Positions 53,168 to 64,000 of a DNA stretch of 64,000 bases are shown here, piece by piece (the first letter of the stretch is position 1; each line of letters opens with the position of its first letter). Source of the DNA: Rhynchopus sp. YZ270_cl-10 (Eukaryota). The notes beneath the pieces are model-generated. The model did no database searches and was not told the origin of the DNA. It was given only the letters and a program-made list of their open reading frames with translations. Made by a program: the position numbers and the translations under genes. Location of the stretch: contig OZ037842.1 in the NCBI GenBank assembly GCA_964035575.1, positions 1,116,001 through 1,180,000 of the forward strand. Direction: 5' to 3'.

Positions 53168-54004
53168 TCGGCGAGATTCCCCTTTTTTTTGCACAAAACA
53201 CACTGCAAGGTGGGGCTACAAACGCAACCTGCACGATTTTTTTTCCAACTATAATTTAGTTGGTTATGCACCCCACCTCCACCCTGCTGGACAGCAGGTT
53301 TCGCTTCATTGCTGTGGCTCTTACAAACGATTCAGATGGTAGTATAGCAATGCCACACTTTTACCGCAAGACCACTGTGTAAAACTTTGCAACCTTGGGT
53401 GATATGGGATAAGTGCTGTGTCTTTCCTTACCTACACCATGTGTCTACTGTCTGCTGGCTGTGTTATCTGTAGGGGGTTCTCATTGCCTTCCCTGAGAGG
53501 TCTATTCTGGGATGAAAGCGAAGAAACAAAACGCATCTTACAACCTATTCATGCAATTCACGACGCATCGGGGATCGAGAGATCTCAAGAAACGAACAAT
53601 GTGCTGTTTCTTAAAGGAAACAGCACATCCAATATGGGGGGGAGTTGCCCCCATTTCCCCCGATTTGACTTGAGGGTCAAGAACAAAAAAAAGGCGATTT
53701 TTTATCAAATTTTCCTGAGCCATCCATTGCCGACCGCGTACATACTACAGTGCATACGTGTTGTCAAAAATTGTGGTATTTGGTGCCAAGAGGCTAGGAT
53801 CATCTTACAAACCTCTTTGAGGAAATCACACCGTATATGATATGTTGTGGGCTTCCCTTCGCCACTTTGCCCGGCACTCTAAAAAGCCGTTTTCTGATTT
53901 CCAACGACATAGAAAACAGCCCGACATCTTACATCTCTCACAGGCTGTACACAAACGCCATCCCAACCCCCCCATCCCACTGCACCCCTACATACACCTT
54001 CACG

Positions 54005-56593
54005 ATGCCAAGAACAAAAATGACAAAGGCGGACACGGAAACGGAGAGCGAGAGTGACGAGGTAGAGACGAGCATGGATTCAGAGGTGTCGGACGACATG
54101 TCTGGGTCTGACTCTGCGTCTGGGTCTGGGTCTGGTTCTGGGTCTGGGTCACATGAGGAGGAGTCTGAGGAGTCGGACGACAACAAATTTAAGTGGGGCA
54201 AGAAGGTTGACTCCGACAACAACAACAACAACAGCAACTCTGGATTTGGACATGCACAGCCTTCGATGAGTCATACGTTCGGTGGCCACAGTGGTTTTGG
54301 CGGTGGTTTTGGTGGAGGCTTCGCTGGCAAAGGAGGTATGGGGTTCCGCCACAACAACATGATGATGGCGCCACAAGTCCTCCCCGGCAGCAGAGAGGAG
54401 GTCATAAATGAGTTCATCCGTCTAAACGGGCGGCTCGCAGAGTTCCGCGAGTCGTGCACCGCGCTTGAAAATTTTGAACGCATCAACGACCTTGGCTTTC
54501 AGCTTGCGGAGAGCGAGGAGGTGCATGAAAAGCTTGAGGGGCGCGTTGAAAGGGCAGTGGACCAGGCACAGATAGAACGCGTGCAGGCAAAGCTTGCGCA
54601 GAACAACCGGGTCGCGATTGACCAGATCGACCTCACAGTGCTGCGTGGACTCCACGACGAGAAGCAGCGCGAAGAAGAGCGCGCCAACGCACTGAAGCAG
54701 CAGATTGTTGCGGAGAAGGTTGCTGAGAAGGAGCAGTTCTTGGCGCACGAATTTCATTTGACCCTTGCACTGGAGAATGCGAACGAGGTATCACGCGACA
54801 TCGAACGGAAGTACATGAAACTGCAGGCAGGGTACCTCCGGCAGGAGATTGTGTCACAAAAGCGCCTCTTCCTGCGCATCAGCCGGGCACGCTGTGGGGA
54901 CACCACGAAGGATGATGAGGAGCTGCGTGCTGAGGCGGCGCTGAAGGAGAAGTGGGCGGCAATGGACCGCGACTACCAGGCGAACCTCATGAAGGTCAAG
55001 AAGGTCATGCAGGCAGCCAAGGATGCTGTCAAGCTGCCGCCGCTGCCCAAGGTCTCAGGGAAGCGTGTCGCAGAGAGCAGCCCGCCTGCAGAGAAGAAAC
55101 GAAAGATCGACACCGAGCCACAGATGACAGAGGCCGAGAAGGAGGCACGCTACAAGGAGCTCTCCTCGCAGCTCTACGGGCTCTCGCACTCAGTCAAGCT
55201 CTACCTCTGGGACCAGATGAAGGATGCTTCCTGGAAAAAACTCCTTCTCGCAGAAGCCCAGCAGCCCTACTTCACCTACTTGAACAACGTATGTATTTTA
55301 TGTGTTTTTGAGTTGCGTACAAATTCTGAATACTTCTATTCGGCGAACGCGCAATCCCAAGCGCAACACTCCGGGGTTCGATAACCCGTGAAGTGTCAGT
55401 GCCGTCCCAGATGTGTGCACTATCAACTTCACTTTTGTTCGGGAGGTCCCAGACTCAGGGGGGTACATTGTATTCGAAAAAGTGGTTAAAAAAAAATGTG
55501 ACAACAAAACAGTGGCTCTTGAGCGAGGAGAAGAAGACAGTAGTGTACCCATCTCTGCCGCATGTGTTTGAGTGTTTCAACCAGACCCCGCTGTCGTCGC
55601 TGAAGGTTGTTCTGCTGGGGCAGGAACCCTACCATGGACCAAAGCAGGCGAACGGGCTCAGCTTTTCTGTCAGCAAAGGTACGAAGGTGCCACCGTCACT
55701 CAAGAACGTGTATAAGGAGCTGAAGGCAGACATGAAGGGCTGGGTGGAGCCCAAACATGGAGATCTGACACAGTGGGCACAACGTGGAGTGTTGCTCTTG
55801 AACGCGTGTCTTACTGTGGAGCAGGGCAAGACGCTGTCGCACATGCAGTGCGGGTGGCAGACATTCACGGACATGGTCGTGAAACTGCTGAACGAATCGC
55901 CCAACCGCCTTGTGTTTGTTCTGTGGGGCAACTTCGCGAAGAAGAAGGGGCGCATGATTAACCGGAAGAAACACATTGTATGCTCACCCCCCTTTTAGCG
56001 ACACTTTTGTCACACTTTCAAATCCACTTTTCAAGATGAGCCTCACGCTTCCCTACTAGGCTTTACTCCGTTTACGTAACTATCCAGCTATATGGACTAT
56101 TCCAACAATTATATTCACAAACAACGACGTTGAGCCAATACCTCTGGAACGCAGACAGAGAAGAAAGAACGTTACCACGGCTAAGGTCACCTTATAAACT
56201 TCTACAACGCCCTACGAAGTAGGATAAAGTAAAGACCTTGTGAGATACTTTGCTTCGGACCGATACATTCAGATGCATTACGGTACAGCGAGGTGTATAC
56301 ACTTTTAAACGTCTCGTTTCTCACATCCATAGAAAAAGGACTCTGACACCTACTGCAAAGCGTGTACTCCTTTCTATTTGCTCTCTTTTAAAGATTCCCG
56401 TGAAGAAAAATTGTGGCTGCTGTCTAGTGATAGTCGTCTACAATCAAACAAAATTTTCTCACATCCACAGGTCATCGAAAGCGCGCACCCATCCCCTCTC
56501 AGCTACCATCTCTTTAAAGGATCGAAGCCCTTCTCCAAGGTGAACAATGCGCTCACAAAGCTGGGGAAGACTCCCATTGACTGGACACTGTAG
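54005..56593 (+). CDS. UNG: Family 1 uracil-DNA glycosylase with long N-terminal extension (GQEPY variant), 3 exons, ~623 aa
   Basis: Exons 54005-55288, 55513-55977 and 56471-56593. Motifs [45 protein letters not shown] and PIDW. Confidence 0.9.
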
Positions 56594-57152
56594 TACCATT
56601 ATTTTTCAAGCGAGAGGCTTAGGGTAATCTACCTTTCTTTTTCCCCCTAGGGAAATCGGCAGTGTGTGTACAATATAACCCACTCCCAAAAAAAAAAAAA
56701 CCGCGCCCAACCCGCCGTGGACGCACTCTGTTCACGACCTCTACCCCTTGTGGAGAGCGGTGGTTCCCTTCCCTCATTTTTTTTCGAAGTGTCGGTGCCT
56801 GCATCCCAAGAGGCGTTTGTACTGTCAACTTCACCTTTTTTTTTCCTTTTTGATCTTTTTCAGATGGCCATCAGAGTGTTCCTCCGAGCCATTTCTATTT
56901 CCCCCCACCCCCCAAAACATTCCCCTTAGATATTTTGTTAGCTGGAAAAAAAAAGACCCCCCTTTAAAAGAGATGGCATTGCGAGATTTGGGGAAAGGAA
57001 GAAAGGGGGAGAGAGCGGGAAGGGGGGGGAAAAAAAACACCCTTGTTGATGGGCTTTGACCCTGTCGCCTGGGCTTTGGTTTTTTGGCGGAAGGTGACTG
57101 AGTATTGGCTTAGGATCATCTTACAAACTTTTTCTTTTTTTGTTTTGTTATC

Positions 57153-57222
57153 GGGAACGTTTTTTTGTTGATCCCCTATACCCATGCTCTCAATTTATTG
57201 AATGCATAGGTTGAAATACTTT
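57153..57222 (+). repeat. Dispersed element, family E (representative copy)
   Basis: GGGAACRTTTTTTGTTGATCC...TCAATTTATTGAATGCATA..TTGAAATAC. Related copies near 12012 and 19446. Confidence 0.6.
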
Positions 57223-58053
57223 TTTGTTTTTTTTATGGTTCCCCATTCCTCCGCCTTTTTTTGGTACACTGTCACGAGAGGGCTTTGCATTTCAAAACTC
57301 ATTTTTTCTCTTTGTTTTTCATTTTTATATGAGAAAAAAATGGGGGGTGGTATTGTACCCTGCATCGTTTTATAGTCACCTTTGTTGACATACAGGATTA
57401 TTTTTCCCCCTCAAAAAACCCACCACCATCTACCTTCCCCCCGAGGGGGTATCTTTCAGTTTTTCCTCCACTTCCTAAAGTGTGATTAGAAACCGATAAT
57501 AGAAATGGAAAAAACCCCATAAAAAAAAAATCTCGTTTATTTGATTAGGTTCCCCTCCCAACCTTGCTTTCTCGGAAGAAGCAATGTATCAACTAATTCG
57601 GGGGGGGGGTTTTTTTTTCATTTGGTCTGTTTCTCTCTCTCTCTCTCTCTCCTATTCCATGATAAGAAGGGAGGCAAACATCAGATCTGGTTTTTGACGA
57701 TGTCCACAATACTCATTGGGTACAAATAAACCCACCATCTCTCCCCCCACACCCCTTTCCCCCACATGCGTACACTCAACGAGGAGAAATACTACAAAAA
57801 AACGAGGATATTTGCACACGAAAAAAAATTGCGTTTGTGTATGCAAAAAAAAATTGTCGACACAAACAAAAACCCCCCTCTACACTCTGAGGGATGAAAT
57901 GTGCTGTATGCACACACTCCTCTCCTCTTCGGGTTGACGGGGGGGGTGGGACACATATGGGTACTCATCCCTCCCTCCCACACCAAATATTCAAAACAAC
58001 GCAAAAAAAAAAAAAAAGCACAAAAAAAAAAAGCCTCTCCGAAACAACGATGA

Positions 58054-58536
<483 letters not shown>

Positions 58537-58568
58537 TGACACACAACGAGAAAACCCTGAAAAGCATT

Positions 58569-61500
58569 ATGGAGGTGCGAGATCCCTCCCGGAGTGTGTC
58601 TCCTACGTTGAGACTTGGGGTGGAGGGTGTTATGGCACAGTCGCCACGGTCACCTAGGTCTCCTAGTATCAGACGGAATCAGGGGAACACAGAACCTATT
58701 CGACGGTCAAGGTCGCGACCCACTGCACCGCTTCCATTAGCAGTGCAGATGCATCAGGACAACACAATTTACATCTCCGGTTCAGGCGATCCTGCGTACG
58801 TAGAGAAGCAAGGGGGGCATACAGCGTACGAAGTGACCCCGGTCTGTGCCGCGAAGCTGACCTACTCCAGGCCAGTGGGTGGTGACTACTTCTTCCGTGG
58901 TATGGCTAAGGTGCGTGACGTTGTCTGGGTTGCAGAAACGGATGGCAGCATCACCGTACGCGAGCAAGACACCGCAGAGGTGAAGCGCATCATCCACCCC
59001 CTCGAGAACACACCAAAAAAACACACAGAAGGAGCGGTTCACGTCACCAAGGATGATTTTTGTACCAGAGCGCCGGGCCATATTTTGACGTTGAATGTCG
59101 TAAATGATCGTGTCTGGGGTGGTGCGAATGATGGTAAAGTGCATGTCTACAGTTTCAGTGGAAAGCGTGAAAAGGAGTTCAAACACCATGCCGGCCCAGT
59201 CAGCACCATCACCCACTCGAATGGCAACGTTTTTGCCGGGTCATGCGACTTCAAGATCTCGCAGTACAGCAGCACAACATGCCTTTTTGTACGCCTTCTG
59301 CATGGACACCGCCTTCCGGTACGCTGTTTGCGTATGGTGGGGGACATTCTGTACTCCGGGTCCGACGACAAGACGATCAAGGTGTGGTCTTCACAGTGGA
59401 CTGTGACGAGCACGGGGTCGACCAACTCTTCTACGTCATCTTCGCTCCTTGCGACGTTGACGGGACATCGGGGTGATGTTCTTGCGTTAGAGAAGGCGAA
59501 GGGGAATATGTGGAGTGGGAGCACGGACTGCTCGATTCGTGTATGGAGTATTACCACTGCGGAGTGCGTGGCGGTGCTGCCACACCACACGGGGTGGGTG
59601 CACACATTGAAGGAGGTTGGTGGGCGTCTGTGGTCTGCTTCTCATGACGGCTCTGTGTGCATCTGGTCTGCCAAAAGCATCTCTCTCCTGCACCGCCTCG
59701 ACAGCCCACACGACGGCCTTCTCCACGGACTCTGCATCACAAAGGCCACCTCAACGTTCCGCCTCTGGACAGTAGGAGGTGACCAATTAGTCAAATTCTG
59801 GGACGTCAACGAAGGCGACACCGACACCACAGCAGAACACTGGGAGGACGTCTTCACCGCTCGCGAGAAAACATTGGAGCTGGAGCGCGTTGTACACGAA
59901 AACCTGCAGAAACACAAGAAATTCACCGATATGCTGGAATCCGCACATTCCCTCCTCGTTAAGGAGAGGCAAGACAAGGAGGATGAGATTGATCGAAACA
60001 ACACCCTACACACACTCATTGAGAAACGCGACGAACAGATTCAGGATCTTTCAGACCGGAATGAGGAAATCTTTGACCAGTACGCGAAGCTGCGTGCCAT
60101 GAGCCAGAACTTCCGCGAGAACGTACAACTCATGGTTGCACACCACCAGGAGAAGCCGCAGCACACAGCCACCTCCTCCTCCTCCTCCTCCTCCCTCATC
60201 CAACGCCTCCAGCAGATGCAACAGGAGAACGAACGCCTCCACATGGAGTTAGAGCGAAAGGCGCTCACCGCAACCACACAACGTTACTCCCCCATCCCCG
60301 AGCCACCCACAGAGCGCGGACTTAGCCCCGAGGGGGAGAAATGCCGGGAGCTAGAAATGGAGGTGGGACGTCTAACAGAACTACTACACGGTCGCGAATC
60401 CAAGCATGATTCGTCTATGGCACCACCGATTTCACCATTTGATGGAAATCTTCATAGCGCCTCAAAAGAGAGTCTAGCGAGCAATAATATGAAAGAACTT
60501 CTTGAGTCTACGGTCCAGCAGTTATCTCGGAAATGCAGTGTTTTGCAGGCAACCCTTCCACACCTCGATGAATTATTGAGCAGACAGTCACAAGATACTG
60601 GGTTCAATTCACCGCGCGCTCCATTAGAGAGTGTACGGGCTCTGGTTGAGGCAGAAGCCGCTGACTTAGGAGTAGACATACGGACGGAAGAGAGAGATGG
60701 TCCAATGATATCACCCCCCGCACCAAATCGTCATTCTGGGGTATCAGAGCCCGATATGGACCCAATCAGCAGGCGTGAGAAAGTGGAGTTGGAGCGGGAG
60801 GTGCAAAGGCTAGGGTTTGATCTTGACAAAGTGAGCACCTCTGCGGATATCAAGATTGCGCAGCTGAGACAGCACCTCGCAGAGAGAGAGGAGGAGTTGA
60901 TGTCGCTCCGCTCTAAGATCGGAAAGCTGCAGCACGCCAAGATGCAGCTTGTGTACGAAAAGGATGGTGAAGCTACTCCGACACCGAAAGAGGCCTCAGA
61001 TGAGTTCTTCGTCTCACAGCAACTCCAACGGGATTCCCTCCAGCTCGAGCTTGCCGCCATCGTCGCAGAAAAGGTTATGCTCGAAAGCGAAACAGACGCA
61101 TTAAAAGAGACCAACACAACCCTAAAAGCCTCCGTCGAAAAGCTTCAGCAAGAGTTGAAGGCAAAGGTGTGTGATTGGCTCATCTTAGCCTTTTTTTTGA
61201 TAAAACAACTTGTTGTCAATTCTAAAAAGATTGGAGGCAGCGCTGCAGGGCAAACAAAACGGATTGAAAAAAAACAGAAGCTTGCTTGTTTTCTTTGAGT
61301 ACTCAATTAACCACAACAACCGTACTTCAGTTTAACACATTTTTTCACCTTTTTGTTTTCCCGGCTTTGAGCGCACAAACAAAAGACCCGATCTTTTTTT
61401 TAAAGAGCGCAGAGGGTTTTTCTGATGTTTAGTAGTTTTGTGAAACATTGTGAGTCGTTTCATGAAGTCCAAAAAAAAATCCCACACCGCGCAGAACAAC

Positions 61501-64000
61501 GACGCAGCAGAGTGGGTAAACACCTTAGCAAAGGTCGAGGCGAAGATACGCACCAAGGAGCAAGAGCACATTGAGAAGCTCAACTCCGTGCAGGTGTGTC
61601 CCTTTCCCCCCTCCCCCTCTTCACCCACAACATCAACATTATTCAAGACAATTGAGCCGTGGCTTAAAGCTTGGGTTCATCTTACACCCTTTTCTACTCT
61701 AGTATACTACGCACATTCATCTCTCAATTTTTGCTTCTCCATGCCATACTTTCAACTTCCACCCCTCCTCTTCCCTCTATAAAACACCTCAACACAGAGC
61801 GAAAGTGAAGACCACAAACGTCGCATCGAAGAGGAGAAGGCCATATTAGACGAGACCGTCGCACGGCGTGACCTCAGCATGACGCTCTCCCTGCTGGCCC
61901 CACAGGCCGAGGTCGAGCTCAAGGTCGGCGACGAGGATGTGCAGCGCGGCAGGGTGCTTCTCCCTACACCGCCCCTGCCGCGCAGGGTCACGCTCCTGAC
62001 TGCGTCCGGGCCGGTCTCCTATGCGTACGACAACGTCACCTCCGTGAACGTTGTGTCCAGTGCACGGGGCAACCTCAGAGAGCACACAGCAACGTTGCAA
62101 CGTGAGTACGACACCATAAAGCAGCAGCAGGTCCGCCATGCTGTTGAGGCGGCAGTGCTGAAGCTCATTCCCGGGATGGAGGCGGAGGTGGACATTGCCG
62201 ATGCGAATGGGACAACAACTGTGCGTGGGAAGGTGTTGAAGTATTCCCTGCAAGAGGCCATGGATGCGCCTGAAGCAGTGCGTGTACCCATTGAGCTCAA
62301 AGCCGACAGTGGTGGTGGCGATGCCGGAGATGTCAAAAGCTATGCAGTATCCTCCATGCTAGAGGTACGGTCTGCTGTCCGCGACTTCCACAGCTTCTAC
62401 AGCAAGATCGCACGGATTCATCAAGAGAAGCGTGCCTTGGAAGACCGCCTCCGTGAAGTGGAGGCAGACGTACAAAGGCAGGCAGACACCCCCACACAGC
62501 AGGTCCTCGCCCCGGCGCCTGCCTCGGCCCTGCACAGTCAGTCTTCGGAGATAACGACTCCGGCAGGAGAAGTCGTCCCCGACCCGCGTGTGGCAGAGTT
62601 GGAGCAGCGTCTTGCGAAGGCAGAAGAAGCGGTGTGTGACAGAGATGAACGCTTAAGTGTTCTTGCACGTAGGCTTGCGAAGGAGACAGATGGTAGTAGC
62701 TCGCGGCCGCCCACGCCGCGTGCAGCAGCGGCATATGAGGGGGGTGGGTTCGTGCGTGCAGGGAGCTTCAGGCAGGAAGACAGAGAGACGCTGAACACCG
62801 AGCTCACGTCGCTTATGGAGAACTACAAAGTGATCATTGCAGAGGTTGAGTGTGAGAATGAGGAGCTCAAAGGTGCGAACGGTACGCTCAAGGGAAAGAA
62901 CGATGCGCTTAAGAAGGAAATGGTATGAACCTTTTTTCAATTGCAGCTTGTGAAATACAACCCGAATGCACTAAAGCTACATTCGACGAACTCTAAGCTA
63001 AGTACGCCTTTGGGCAACAATACACACGATTGTCGATACAGCAAATTATTAGGGGTTGCCCACTAACATACATTATTCGCAGGTTTCTCGTGTGAAGGTG
63101 ATTGAAGAAGGCCTCGCTGCGACGAAGGCGGTGAACGACCGGAGCACAGGGGACGACTCTGAGTCCTCCCGCCTGCGTGCTGAGTCCGACATGCTGCGGC
63201 AGGAGGTGTTGATCGAGGTGGCTGCGCGGGAGAGCCTTGTGCAGGAGGTGCAGCTGTTGAAGGAGGAGCTCACGATATCGAAGAACCATGCACAGCAGCT
63301 TGCATCACGCGTCGACCAGTTCGAGTCCTCGCACACTGGCAAGGTATGTTGCACCATCCGATTATACACCAAGAAGGATTGCCCACAACTACTTTAGCAT
63401 TGGTTGAGGTTCATCTTACGAACACTTCTCTTTTAATTCGGCTACAGTGACACCATCACCTAGGTTCGGGCCCTGTCACGACCAATACTTAAGGGCGATG
63501 TTCTGCGCAAGAATTACCCTCACAAGGCATCCACATCACACCACACCACCCCCGCACAGAACAGCGCCGAGGAGCTCACCTCCGCCCACCAAACGATCAA
63601 CTCCCTCTACGCAGAGCTGCAGGCAGCCACGTCGCAAATCTCCGTTGTGCAGGAGGAGAAGGACCGTGAGATCACCTCCCTCCAGCACAGCCTGCAGGCT
63701 GAGCGGGTATGTCTCCAACCCTCTCAAGGTGACTCAGAAGGGGGTTCCCTCTTCACGTTTTGTTTATTCATCCGATAATTACCAACGACACCATTGTCAA
63801 TTTTTTTTTAGAGCAGAGCGAGAACACTCAATATTCATACACCTTATCTTCAGGAAACCTTAAGAGCAGCACGCGACGCCACAACCCGCGAGGCCACCTG
63901 GCGTGAGACGCAGCTCGAGAAAGAGCTTCACAGCAAGGAGGCTGAGCTGGACCGGGTGCGTGCTGCGTCTGTGTCTGCCTCTGGCGCCTTTGGTGTTGAC
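58569..64000 (+). CDS. WD40-repeat and long coiled-coil protein (runs off the window end)
   Basis: Exons 58569-61166, 61495-61593, 61798-62922, 63083-63343, 63560-63706 and 63854->64000, all phase 0. WD repeats e.g. GHRLPVRCL...LYSGSDDKTIKVW and GHRGDVLAL...WSGSTDCSIRVW, followed by a heptad-rich C-terminal region. Confidence 0.85.

Overview
Eukaryotic genomic DNA with 16 protein-coding genes that I could model. All lie on the + strand, and the spliced ones have canonical GT-AG introns (donor consensus GTATG). The unidirectional gene cluster, a kinetoplastid-like myosin and a beta-1,3-glucan synthase suggest an intron-rich euglenozoan, probably a diplonemid (inference). Recognisable genes: PPR-like protein, myosin, TEY MAP kinase, aminoadipate/kynurenine aminotransferase, centrin-like EF-hand protein, APC10, a PH-domain protein, eIF1AD, uracil-DNA glycosylase and a WD40/coiled-coil protein. 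Five observations stand out. (1) A ~2990-aa protein fuses a signal-peptide-led clan GH-A (GH72/Gas-like) domain to an FKS-type GT48 glucan synthase. (2) Several families of short hairpin-terminated dispersed elements end in AAC plus a T-tract, and every copy I found is in the sense orientation. (3) Three clustered single-hairpin AGA-box H/ACA-like RNAs show compensatory stem changes. (4) Several TG...CA short-TIR elements have 5-bp target duplications. (5) The UNG has its catalytic Asp changed to Glu (GQEPY) and a long N-terminal extension. Exon models and family calls were made by eye, without database searches.
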